Part shown: piece by piece, positions 10,744 through 22,095 of the stretch
Layout of the letters: every line of letters begins with the position of its first letter
How positions within the stretch are numbered: position 1 is the stretch's first letter
Assembly (NCBI RefSeq): GCF_004010195.1
Contig: NC_057719.1
Location: forward strand, 20,694,870 to 20,732,092
Source: Chiloscyllium plagiosum
Lineage: Eukaryota
Reading direction: 5' to 3'
Length of the DNA: 37,223 nt
Made by a program: the position numbers and the translations under genes
The notes under the pieces: generated by a model
Database searches by the model: none
The model's input: only the letters and a program-made list of their open reading frames with translations
What the model was told of the DNA's origin: nothing

Positions 10744-11246
10744 GTTAAGAGTTCCAGTTACTTGCTTTTTTTTCTGAAAGCCTTAAAGGTAAACACAAAT
10801 CTTTCTTCTACATTCAAATGCTTTGGTTTATTGTGAGAGGGGGATTGTGTACTTAACAACTGCAAAATGCTCTTCATTTTAAAACTTTGAAATTCCTATG
10901 CACTTGCCTTGGAACATAATTTGTAACTTACTCAAAAGTGATTCACTTGCATGGGTTAAAAATTGGGTTTTACCAGACAAATGCATACATATGTCCAACC
11001 AAAGCAGATGTAGTAGATATATATAGTCAGATAGTAGTGCTGCAGTTCACCATTCAATTCCTTGATTATCTATTTTATTTGGTTCTGGTCTCCTAAGATA
11101 ATAGTTATGCAGTGAAATACCACTATAGTTGGCAGTTTTGCATCAGAATTGCACTTAGGGAGTTCATGCACAGGGGACTTAATGTCTACCATTCAAAAAT
11201 TCAGACATTCTCCCACTTGCTTATGACCCAGACTGAGCTGGTTATG

Positions 11247-12017
11247 TTATTTTATGCTACAAATATATAATAATCCAAACCAGAGCACAATACATTACTG
11301 AAAGTGATCATAAATTAATTAGAATGTTTGAAATTATAATATTCAAATGACAGTTCAATGAGGGTTTTATTCTAATTAATTGATTACAGGCTTTACAGTT
11401 GTAAATTAAATTTACACACATTTTACCCATGCATTATAACCCTGTTCTTGTAATATTTAATTTTGTAAGCTGAAACTCTTTGATGGATTACTGCAATTGG
11501 GAAAACTTTTGAAACCTCAATGGATTTAGCCTTGACTTCTTGACAAGGTTTACTGCTTTCAAAACACTTGTCTGCAGTACTTCCAAGTACATTACAGAGA
11601 TGAGCACTGCTGGTTGGGTTGTAGAGCAATATAGAGGAGCTTGTACCTAATGCACAGGAGCAGATGCAGATTTTATAGTCTAGGAGATAGATCAGTAGAG
11701 AATAAAGTCCTTTCAATGTCTCTGCTGCTCTCATACCTGCAGATATTAGAAATGGTGCCCATGTTGTTCCATTGCCATAGCTAGAAGCTGCCGGCTTATT
11801 ATTTTATGCTACAAATATATAATAATCCAAACCAGAGCACAATACATTACTGAAAGTGATCATAAATTAATTAGAATGCTTGAAATTATAATATTCAAAT
11901 GACAGTTCAATGAGGGTTTTATTCTAATTAATTGATTACACGCTTTACAGTTGTAAATTAAATTTACACACATTTTACCCATGCATTATAACCCTGTTCT
12001 TGTAATATTCTAATTTT
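11247..12017. repeat. ~218-bp direct duplication (11247-11464 and 11799-12017)
   Basis: Copies differ at only about three positions by eye. Confidence 0.95.
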
Positions 12018-12113
12018 AGATTAGATTAGATTACAGTGTGGAAACAGGCCCTTCGGCCCAACAAGTCCACACCGACCCGCCGAAGCGAAACCCACCCATA
12101 CCCCTACATTTAC
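12018..12113 (-). mobile_element. HE1-type SINE 3' end, cut by the assembly gap
   Basis: Exact reverse complement of ~12326-12421 apart from the base next to the gap; (TAATC)n tail. Confidence 0.9.
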
Positions 12114-12197
12114 NNNNNNNNNNNNNNNNNNNNNNNNNNNNNNNNNNNNNNNNNNNNNNNNNNNNNNNNNNNNNNNNNNNNNNNNNNNNNNNNNNNN
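12114..12197. other. Assembly gap (84 N)
   Basis: N run. Confidence 1.
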
Positions 12198-12424
12198 TGG
12201 AGTTTGCACGTTCTCCCCGTGTCTGCGTGGGTTTCCTCCGGGTGCTCCGGTTTCCTCCCACAGTCCAAAGATGTGCAGGTTAGGTGAATTGGCCATACTA
12301 AATTGCCCGTAGTGTTAGGTAAGGGGTAAATGTAGGGGTATGGGTGGGTTTCGCTTCGGCGGGTCGGTGTGGACTTGTTGGGCCGAAGGGCCTGTTTCCA
12401 CACTGTAATCTAATCTAATCTAAA
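12198..12424 (+). mobile_element. HE1-type SINE, 5' end lost in the gap
   Basis: TGGAGTTTGCACGTTCTCCCCGTGTCTGCGTGGGTTT core (V-SINE domain) and CR1-like tail. Confidence 0.92.
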
Positions 12425-13127
12425 ATTAGTGTCATAGGGCATGATATCAGCACTCATCAGTGTATGAGGACACCTTCAAGGCTGAAGTTTGAGTTTGTGT
12501 TTGCATGCTTTGAAGCATTGCTGGGAATTTAAATGGCTACCACACATATTCTGAAATGGAATCTCTCCCTCTGACTTGAAAAGGATGCCTGCTTAGATAA
12601 GATCTGTGGAGTAAGTGATTCAGTGCTTTAAAATGTGTCATTTACCTTCTGCTGTCTGCTATGATACCCTAGACTTCTGGCAGCAGGACAAAATGTCTGG
12701 CACATGATGTGCTCTCTGAGGAGGCTAGCACCCTTGCTCCCTGATGTGTTACCATCTCAGCTGATGTCCAGAATGCTGTCAGAAAGCCAGCTGAGAGAGA
12801 CTGCCTTAACAGCCCTTTGCATCCGAACCAACTCACACCGGAGTCACACCTGTTGATTGTCCGAATGTCTCAGCACAGCTTCATCCACCTTCTATTGAAT
12901 CACCGCACATGAGGAATAAAAATTGGACATTTTATGTTCGGAAGAAAATTACAGTTTGAACACTGTATATCAATTTTAAAGAAAAGTTATTCAGCATTTA
13001 CAAATCTGGTATCTGGTGGCTAATTTGCATTCTCAGAATGTCGGCTGAATGATTGACTGTTCTATTATGCAAACTGAAGAGATTTGTGAAGACATTGTTA
13101 ATGCAAATAATTCTTATAATTTTTCAG

Positions 13128-13287
13128 GCAAGTACATTGATTAGGTCAATGAAAGCGGACAGAGACTCATTGTTACCTTGCCACTCTGATTGCCGGGCAT
13201 TATCCTGGATGCTTAAACTATTCATGCCACTTCATTTTCTCCAACGTTTCCACTTGCCAGAATAAAGAAGCAGAAAAGTCATCCACT
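13128..13287 (+). other. Candidate non-coding exon
   Basis: TTCTTATAATTTTTCAG acceptor and ACT|GTAAGC donor in unique sequence; no frame open throughout. Confidence 0.25.
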
Positions 13288-13329
13288 GTAAGCTGATAAC
13301 GCTAATTCTGGGAGACTAGACAATCACAG

Positions 13330-13468
13330 GCTCTCTGCCTCCATTCCTGATGAAGGGCTTTTGCCTGAAACGTCAATTTTCCTGCTCCTTGGATGTTGTC
13401 TGACCTGCTGTGCTTTTCCAGCACCACTCTAATCTAAACTCCAGCATCTGCAGTCCTCACTTTTGCCT
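13330..13468 (+). mobile_element. Solo PLE family A pseudo-LTR with near-intact hammerhead (13347-13374)
   Basis: CTGATGA-A-GGGC-TTTT-GCCT-GAAA-CGTC; TSD AATCACAG at 13322-13329 and 13469-13476. Confidence 0.85.
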
Positions 13469-13469
13469 A

Positions 13470-14640
13470 ATCACAGAATAACGCAGCACGGAAAGAGGCC
13501 ATTCTGCCTATCGTGCCTGTGTCAGTTTTATGATAAAATCATCTGATTAGTTTCACTTCCCTGTCTTTATTGTCTAGTATTTATTCAATTCCTACTTGAA
13601 AGTTACCGCTGAATTTCCTACTGCCTCAGCCTAAGAATAGAATAGAATAGTAATTTATTGTAACTTGCATTTCGACAAAGAAAACAGTGGAAAATGTTTA
13701 AGTCGCCATACTCTTGTGCCTATATTAATAACAGAAAGCACGCATGAAAAGAACACAAAATGCATCTTCAAGGAAAAGGCAGGACCCACATGCTCCACCA
13801 TTGCAGAAAGCTAACATCGAAGCAGCCGAATCCAGGGCCGTTAGAATTCTGGGCTGGATGCATCATGGCAACAAGGTTGCTGAAGGAGACCACAACTTCG
13901 TTGGGCTCACCAGGACGTGGCTGCAATGGCAATGAGGAACAGACGACATTGCCTTCGCCACTGCAACAGACTCCCAAACTATTCCTCCATCAGCCGGCCA
14001 ACTGTGAAGCTGCCACCTCATCGTCAATGCCAGAACCTGGCCTGATGATGATGACACTGCTAAAGCCACTTCTGAATCCACCGCCACCAATAATTGCCCT
14101 CTGGATGAAGCTCTTCACCAGCTGTACACCAGGAGGTAACTAGAAGCAAAATCTTAAAGAGAAATAAAGAAAGTAAAAAAACAAAAAAAGGAAAATGGAC
14201 AGATCAGACAAGCCCCAGGCTGCTTAATCCACTGCCGCCATTTTCTAGAGACAGTGCACTCATTTCATTCAGTGCACAAAAGATATTTCCACATATTGCC
14301 TCTGATTGTTTTATTCATCACTTTAAATTGGTTAAATCCTCTAGTTAACAACGACTCTACCACAGGAATTGATTTCACCTTATTTATTCAACAAAAATCA
14401 TTCATAATATTAGGTACATTTATTATATCTCTTCTTTATATTCTCTAGTCTAAGAATAACAACTGCAGCTTGTAAGTCTCACTGTGTAATTAAAATCCCT
14501 CACTTACTCTACAAAATCTCAAGGCTCTTGATATCATTCTTACAGTATGGTACCTGGAATTGAACATTATACACCAGCTGATGCTTACGCATAATCCATG
14601 CTTTTGTGTTCAATGCTTGTCTTAATAAAACCAAACCTTC
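13470..14640 (-). mobile_element. Old CR1-type LINE 3' region, interrupted at 13633-14245
   Basis: CAGCACGGAAAGAGGCCATTCTGCC tail (reverse complement) and decayed similarity to other CR1 copies. Confidence 0.55.
13633..14245 (-). mobile_element. Non-autonomous retroposon of unassigned family
   Basis: Minus strand starts AAAATGGCGGC and ends AATAAA plus (CTATT)n tail; GC-richer core; interrupts a CR1 remnant. Confidence 0.5.
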
Positions 14641-14647
14641 AAAGTCT

Positions 14648-16790
14648 TAGAGTCATAGGGTCATACAGCAAGGAAACTGACCTATCGGTTCAAACAATCC
14701 ATGCCAAACATAATCCCAAACTAAATTAGTCCTGCCTGCCTGATCCTGGCCCATATAATTCCAAACCTTTCCTATTCATGTACCAAAGTGTCTTTTACAA
14801 GTTGTAACTGTGCCCGAATCCACCATTTCCTCAGGATGTTCATTTCACACATGAACCACCCTCTGTGTAAAACTTTTGCCCCTCATGTCTTTTTTACATC
14901 TTTCTCCTCTCACCCTAAAAAAACCTAAAAAAAAAATTTTCTTAGATTACAAAGAGATCCTTATCAAATAGATCAGTGGGTTGAAAATGACAGGTATTAC
15001 AAGATATTGCATTTTGCTACAAAAAACAAGGGCAACCTAGGGAAAAGACACCTACCATTAACTCTCGCTATTCCCCTCATGATTTCATAATTCTCTATAA
15101 GGTCATCTCTCAACCTCCCACACTCCAGAGAAAAGAGTCCCAGCCTATCCAGCCTTTCTTTATAATTCAAACCTTCCATACCCAGCAACACCCTGGTAAA
15201 TCTCTTCTGAACCCTCTCTAGCTTAGTAATATCCTTCCTAAAACTGGGTGACCCGAACTGGACACAATATTTCAGAGCTGGCCTCAACAATGTCCTGTAC
15301 AATCTCAACATGACGTCCCAACTCCTATACTCTAAGGACTGAGCAATGAAGGAATCATGCTAAATTAACCAAACTGTCAGTATATGATGCAAACTTCAAA
15401 TAATTATGTACCTGAACCCTTAGGTCCCTCTGTTCAACAATACTACTCAAGGCACTGCCATTAATTGTACCAAAATGCAATAACTTGCATTTATCCAAAT
15501 TGAACTTCATCTGGCATTTTTCAGCCCATTGACTCATTTGATCAGAATTCCTTTATAGTCTTAGCAAACTTTCTTTACTGTCTACTATGCCACCAGTTTT
15601 GATGTCATCTACAAACCTACTTGCCATGCCTTCCAAATCCAAATCATTTACATAAATGACAAACAAAAGTGGACCCAGAACCAATCCCTGTGGAACCTTC
15701 TTTCACCACTCCGTCTCCTGCCGTTAAGCCAATTTTGTATCCAATTAGCAAGTTCACCCTAAATCTTATGTGACCTAACACTACTAATTAGTCTGCCATG
15801 TGGAACCTTGTCAAAGGCTTTACTAAAGTCCAAGTAAACAATGTCTACCGCTCTGCCCTCTTCAATCTTTTTAGTAACTTCCTCAAAAAACTCAATCAAA
15901 TTTGTGAGATATGAGTTTCTTCAGACAAAGCCATGCTGACTGTCCCTAATCAATTTTTGCCTCTTTAAAGGTTTATGAATCCTATCTTTTAGAATCATCC
16001 CCAACAACTTGGAGAAAGTGTTTGGAATGCTTTTCTTTATTGGACTAAGCACTGAGTGTAGGAGTTGTGAGGTCATGTTACAGGTATACAGGACATTGGT
16101 TAGACCACTTTTGGCATATTGTGTGCAATTCTGATCTCCCTCTTATCGGAAGGATGTTGTGAAACTTGAAAGGGTTCAGAAAAGATTTACAAGTATGTTG
16201 CCAGGGTTGGAGGATTTAACTGCAGGAATAGGCTGGGGCTGTTTTCCCTGAAGCATCAGAGGTTGAGGGGTAACCTTTTGGAGGTTTATAAAATCATGAA
16301 GGGCATGTATAGGGTGAATAGATATGGTTTTTTTCCCTGTGGTGGGGGAGTCCAGAACTAGAGGGTATAGAGGGGGAAAAATTTAAAAGAGACCTAAAGG
16401 GGCAACTTTTTCATACAAAGGGTAGTGCATGCATGGAATGAGCTGCCAGAGGAAGTGGTGGAGACCGGTACAATTACAACATTTAAAAGGCATCTGGATG
16501 GCTATATGAATAGGAAGCATTTTGATGGATATGGACCAAGTCTTGGCAAATGGGACTAGATTAATTTGGGATATCTGGTCGGCATGGATGAGCTGGACCA
16601 AAAGGTCTGTTTCTGTGCAGCACATCTCAATGACTCTATGATCCTAATTTACCCACAACTGAAGTCAGACTCACCAATTTATAGTTCTCCAGCTTCTCAG
16701 TCAAACCCCTCCGAAACAAAGTCACAACATTAGCCATCCTCCAGTTATTAAGGAAACTTCACCCTTAGTTATAGATGATGCAAATATTTC
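14648..16790 (-). mobile_element. CR1/HER1-type LINE (RT to 3' tail), fragmented, with nested insertions
   Basis: ORFs 14997..15311 (LYRTLLRPALKYCVQF..LERVQKRFTR) and 15355..15537 (WAEKCQMKFNLDKCKLLHFG); YLDFSKAFDKVPHG at ~15836-15797. Confidence 0.92.
16011..16642 (+). mobile_element. CR1/HER1-type LINE 3' end nested in the opposite-strand CR1
   Basis: YRTLVRPLLAYCVQF*SPSYRKDVVKLERVQKRFTSMLPGLED; ATGACTCTATGA tail; the host resumes at ~16648. Confidence 0.92.
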
Positions 16791-17342
16791 TGCACAATAA
16801 ATCATGTTCCCTCCACAGTGCCATTTAATTTACTTTACTACTCATTCTTCCTACCAAAACCTGTCACTTCACCCTCTTCGACACAGAATTTCACCTATTT
16901 GTCGATCCATTTCAGCACTTTCTAAGTGTCCTCCTGAAATATATCACTGTCCTCCTCATTGTTTGCTGCATTTCTGAATCAAATCTGCAAATATACCATG
17001 TATACAATCCAGGTTATTGATTTTTTTTTTCAAAAAAGCAGTGATGTTAATACTGCTACTTAATGAAATAAAAGGATATTATTTTTATAGTTGCCAACAC
17101 CCTATATAAGCCACCACAATGTGTGCTGAAGGCCAATTTTCCTATTTACCCTGGGACACTGATCCGGATCAATCACCCACAATATGGGGTGCTGAAGGCT
17201 AGTTTTCCTGTTTCCCGTGGTTCACTGATTATTCCGGAGCAATTACCCACAATGTGGGTGCTGAAGGCTGGTTTTCCTGTTTACCTAAATCACTCCGAAT
17301 CAATCACCCACAATGTGTGGTGCTGAAAGCCAGTTTTCCTGT

Positions 17343-18172
17343 GTAGAGCTGAAAATGTGTTGCTGGAAAAGCGCAGCAGGTCAGGCAGCATCCAGGGAAC
17401 AGGAGAATCGACGTTTCGGGCATAAGCCCTTCTTCAGGAATGAGGAAAGTTTGTCCAGCAGGCTAAGATAAAAGGTAGGGAGGAGGGACTTGGGGGAGGG
17501 GCGTCGGAAATGTGATAGGTGGAAAGAGGTCAAGGTGAGGGTGATAGGTCAGACTGGGGTGGGGGCTGAGAGGTCGGGAAGAAGATTGCAGGTTAGGAAG
17601 GCGGTGTTGAATTTGATGGATTTGACTGAGACAGGCTGGGGGGAGGGGAAATGAGGGAACTGGTGAAATCCGAGTTCATCCCTTGTGGTTGGAGGGTTCC
17701 CAGGTGGAAGATGAGGCGCTCTTCCTCCAACTGCTGTGTTGTTGTGGTCTGGTGATGGAGGAGTCCAAAGACCTGCATATCCTTGGTGGAGTGGGAGGGG
17801 GAGTTGAAGTGTTGGGCCACAGGGTGGTTGGGTTGGTTGGTCCTGGTGTCCCAGAGGTGTTCTCTGAAACGCTCTGCAAGTAGGCGGCCTGTCTCCCCAA
17901 TATAGAGGGGGCCACATCGGGTGCAGAGGGTGCAATAGATGATGTGTGTGGAGGTGCAGGTGAATCTGTGGCGGGTATGGAAGTTTCCTTTGGGGCCTTG
18001 GAGGGAGGTGAGGGGGGAGGTGTGGGCGCAAGTCTTGCACCTCCTGCGGTTGCAGGGGAAGGTGCCGGGAGTGGAGGTTGGGTTGGTGGGGGGTGTGGAT
18101 CTGACGAGGGAGTCACGGAGGGAGTGGTCTTTACGGAATGCTGATAGGGGAGGGGAGGGAAATATATCCTTG
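17343..18172 (-). mobile_element. 5'-truncated PLE family A: open GIY-YIG C-terminal ORF plus 3' pseudo-LTR
   Basis: ORF 17593..18213 TFPCNRRRCKTC..HIIYCTLCTRCGPLYIGETGRLLAERFREH..HFN..EERLIFHLGTLQPQGMN; TSD GTTTTCCTGT at 17333-17342 and 18173-18182. Confidence 0.95.
17405..17441 (-). ncRNA. Minimal type I hammerhead ribozyme motif, core intact
   Basis: Minus strand AUUC-CUGAAGA-A-GGGC-UUAU-GCCC-GAAA-CG-UC-GAUUC, ~150 nt downstream of the GIY-YIG stop codon. Confidence 0.78.
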
Positions 18173-18311
18173 GTTTTCCTGTTTACCCTGGGATACTGAT
18201 CACTCCGGATCAATCACCCACAATGTGGAGTGCTGAAGGCCTGTCTTCCTGAGTACACTGGTACACTGATCCTCCAGATCAATCACCCAAAACGTGGTGC
18301 TGAAGGCCAGA

Positions 18312-18665
18312 CGTTTTCTTCACCACCCTGTGTACTTGCGATGCCACTTTCAAGGAACTATGGACCTGCACCCTGAGGTCCCTCTGTTCAACAACACTCT
18401 CTAGGGTCCTACCATTAATTGTGCAAGTCCTGCTGTGATCTGCCTTACCAAAATGTGGCACCTCATGTTTATTTAAGTTAAACTCTATCTGTTAATCCTT
18501 GGCCTTTCATTAGCAGGGGGATTGAATTTAAGAGCTGCAAGGTTATGCTGCAGCTCTCTACAGCCCTGATTAGACCACACTTGGAATATTGTGTTCAGTT
18601 CTGGTTGCCTTATTACAGGAAGGGTGTGGAAGCTTTAGCAAGGGTGGGCCATTGGCCTATCTGTT
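18312..18665. mobile_element. CR1 fragment (minus) containing an inverted plus-strand CR1 segment at ~18503-18646
   Basis: Minus HFGKA..INGRTLESVVEQRDLRVQVHSSLKVASQVHRVVKK; plus FISRGIEFKS..RPHLEYCVQFWLPYYRKGVEAL. Confidence 0.85.
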
Positions 18666-19998
18666 AAAGCTTGACTAAGTTGAAATCCTGTACAGTAAAA
18701 AATAACATTGAGGTCATCATTTCTGTTAGGTATCCTTCAGATCACAGTGATTGTATATTCCATATGTTTTAATCATGGAGTTAAAATAGCGATTGGCAGG
18801 TTCCAGGCTGTTATTGGGTGATAAGTTGATGTTATGTTTTAAGCAGTTCACCCACCCCAGTATACTGGCAGATAAAGTTAATATTTGATGCAGTTGCTAG
18901 AAGTCTAACATTGAAGACAAAAGGTTAAGGAATCATACTGCATTCTGACACAAATGATTTAGATTTAAATTTTGTGTAAGTCTTAAGTATCTCTGTATGT
19001 TCAGTAATACATTTCTTTAGAGATGTTAAATGAACTTTCTTGCCTATTTATTGATGAAAATAATCTCATGGAATCTCTTATAGAAGATCAAGGATTTCTA
19101 TTACTTCATGCACATGAGTAGATTTGCTTTAATTGCATTTAATGGTATGGGGAGGGAAGGAGAATGGGGAGTGTCATATCTTATAGAAATTGATTGCTGT
19201 ATTTATCTGCATAACATTATTAAATGTAACTTCACAGCAGTTCATTGCCTTACTTTTGAATTCCTGCTCGTGTTAAAGTGATTGACAAATACATACCAGA
19301 TGCAGAATTCACACAGTTATATTTTATATGAATTTGTCATAAAACTGTTAGGCAGTTTGTCATGGAAATAAAAGATATGAAACCTAGACTTATGTAGCAT
19401 TAGCATCAATGATATTTTACAATGTTAATGCAAATTGCAATTAACATTCAGTGTAGTGAGACTGCAGGATCCTCAAAACTCATTTTTTTTCGCAATAAAC
19501 TATCTATTAATTCTTTGTTAATCAAAAGATTGAAATTTGCCAAGTCTATATTAGCAAACTGTTTCATGCGAAATATTGAGCTGTTTTTGTCTCATAGTAA
19601 AAACTGGTTTAACCTCAGTGCTTGCAAAATCTTATTTTTAACTGACTATAGCATTCTAATCCTGACAAATATAGATGTGTTTTAATCAGCCAGTTAATTA
19701 ATCTAAAGCAATGAGAAAGATGGTTGTAATTTTTCACACCAAATACTTCTTTTAAATGCTGCGATGCTTCAACACTATTAAATCTATCTTTGTTCATGGA
19801 CCAGCATTCAAATTGAAACACTGCATTGAGCAAATGCCTTCAACTCAAAAGGCAGGCCAGTACATGAGGGGAAAGAAAGACAGAAAATGACTCCCTTCTG
19901 AATGATCACTGAGAAAAACCTAACAGTGACTACTCTCCATAATGCAGCATGAAATTATGTCTCTTGCAAGTTTCTGTTTGTTTTTATTTGCATTTCAG

Positions 19999-20128
19999 GG
20001 AACATGAAGAATAAATACATTCACAGGAGCCAATGGTAGTATTGCATTCCAGGAGAATTGCAAGATTGCCCCATGGTTTCTACTATTCCTACCCGCAATC
20101 CCCTCAGCGACCGAAGATCCAGACTTAA
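19999..20128 (+). other. Candidate exon, non-coding or containing a start codon
   Basis: Strong TTTCTGTTTGTTTTTATTTGCATTTCAG acceptor; possible AA|GTAATA donor; all frames closed at the 5' side; no recognised protein. Confidence 0.3.
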
Positions 20129-20223
20129 GTAATATTAATTAACTTTTTTTTGTTCCTTAATGGAATACAGGTGAGGCTGGTAACAGCAAGCATTTATTGC
20201 TCAACCCTAACTGACCTTGAGAA

Positions 20224-20784
20224 TGATTCGGAGATGCCGGTGTTGGACCTTGGGTTCATGTCACATTACAGGTGATCACCATTGCACTACACACACACAC
20301 ACAGATATTCCTACACAGACACTCTCACATACACACGGACACAGATACACACAGACGCGCACACAGACACCCACACACACTCTTATAGACACACAGACTC
20401 CCACACATGCACCCCCTCATAGACTTAAGACACTCTGCACTCACTACACACACACACACAAACACACACACTTTCTCACACTCACAACCCCCACNNNNNN
20501 NNNNNNNNNNNNNNNNNNNNNNNNNNNNNNNAAAGAAAGGGTTTTGTGATTTACACATGAAAGAAGTGAAACTATCACTAAATTCTAACAGATGAAAGGC
20601 TTAACAGACAATCAATTCTTCAATGTATAATTTCAGTTACATCACACTGCAAATTTTTGCTATAAATTCTGTGTTACGATCGAGCCCTCCACAATCACCT
20701 GATGAAGGAGCGTCGCTCCGAAAGCTAGTGTGCTTCCAATTAAACCTGTTGGACTATAACCTGGTGTTGTGTGATTTTTAACTT
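20224..20784 (+). mobile_element. PLE family B 3' end with CA-rich tract, assembly gap (20495-20531) and pseudo-LTR
   Basis: DLGFMSHYR* ORF end at ~20247-20276; 12-bp TSD TGACCTTGAGAA at 20212-20223 and 20785-20796. Confidence 0.88.
20696..20730 (+). ncRNA. Minimal type I hammerhead ribozyme motif, best-preserved copy
   Basis: CAC-CUGAUGA-A-GGAGC-GUC-GCUCC-GAAA-GC-UA-GUG: stem I CAC/GUG, 5-bp stem II, palindromic AGCU in place of helix III. Confidence 0.82.
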
Positions 20785-21523
20785 TGACCTTGAGAAAGTT
20801 GTGCAAATTACCTCGAACTGTTGCAGTCCATATGATGAATAATGCTATTGGGTAGAGAGTTCCAGAATTTTGGCCCAGTGACAACTTTACATTTCTGAGT
20901 CCAAATGATATGCCACTTGGAAGGGAACTTGTAGGTGTCAATGTTTCCATGGTTGAAACATTGAAGATGTTGAATTTCTAAATGGGAAAGATTTGAATAT
21001 GGATTTTAGAGACTTTGTGAAGAGGATTTGGTGAATTTTAATAGTACATTCTTTAGATTGCACACACTGTGGTCATGTTATGTCCATGAGACAATTTCAA
21101 ACTGAATGAAGTTTGGAGATTCTCCTGAAATCGTATCTTCTGCAACTGAAAGATGCTGGGATAGAATATTTGTAGTCCAACTTATTGATCTGAAGCAACA
21201 GCAATTTCTAGAATTAAGTTTTAATGATTTGAATAAAGAAAAATCCAGATCAGAAGAGCTCTGTACCCAGTTTTTGTGTTGTAAATTTTATGCAAGAAAG
21301 AAAGGCTACACATTGTTTCAGATGGCAGTTGACTTAAAAGACATTCACCACAAAAAAAATGAGTAGGGGACAATTTTAAAGGAATTCAGATAATCATTTT
21401 TCTTACATAGAACTTACGGAAGCGAGACAGATCATTCATTGTTGCAGATCTATGTCTACTCAAGGACAAATAAGATGCTACAATACAAACTGGTCTAGCC
21501 AGTAATACTTGCATTCCATGAAT

Positions 21524-22095
21524 TCATAAACCAAATGACCATAGGGTGTAGGAGCAGAATGAAGCTATGCAGCCCATCGAGTCTGCTCCACTATTTAATT
21601 GTGGCTGATACGCTTCTAAACCCCATTCTCCCACCTTCTCTTTGTAGCCCTTAATCACCTTACTAATCAAGAACCTATTTATTTCAGCCTTAAATCCACG
21701 CAATAACTTGGACTTCACAGTACCTCCATAGCAAAAACTATGGCTGAAGAAATTCCTCCTCATCTTCAACCTGAGGCTGTTCCCTCAGGTCCTAGTCTCT
21801 CCTACTAGTAGAAACATCTTCTCCACATCAATTCAATACAAGTCTCTCAGTATTCTGTAAGTTTCAATGTTAACTCCCCTCATCCTTTTAAACTCCATCG
21901 AGTACAGACCCGGAGTCTTCAACCACTCTTCATATGACAAGATCTTCATCCCGAGGATCATTCTTCTAAAATTCCTCTGGACACCTCTAATCCCAGCACA
22001 TCTTTCCTTAGATACGAGGCCCAAAGCTGCTCACAATATTCCAAATGCAGTCTGAGCAGAGCCATATACAGCCTCAGAAGGAAATCTCTACTCAT
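21524..22095 (-). mobile_element. CR1-type LINE 3' fragment
   Basis: ORFs 21833..22024 (VQRNFRRMILGMKILSYEEWLKTPGLYS) and 21524..21769 (RRNFFS); same subfamily as 9640-10415. Confidence 0.9.

Larger units (their letters stand above)
17112..18310. repeat. ~62-70-bp minisatellite (6 copies of the core) split by a PLE insertion
   Basis: CACCCACAATGTGG..GTGCTGAAGGC core at ~17113, 17174, 17244, 17306, 18215, 18284. Confidence 0.9.
20160..21090 (-). mobile_element. Decayed CR1/L2-type LINE 3' end that hosts the PLE-B insertion
   Basis: AGCATTTATTGCTCAACCCTAACTGACCTTGAGAA...GAGTTCCAGAATTTTGGCCCAGTGA...GAAGGGAACTT is the reverse complement of the family at 1400-2020. Confidence 0.65.

Noticed and set aside
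17112..18310. Palindromic repeats with spacers resembling a CRISPR array
   Set aside because: The spacers are homologous to each other, the context is vertebrate and there are no cas genes; it is a minisatellite
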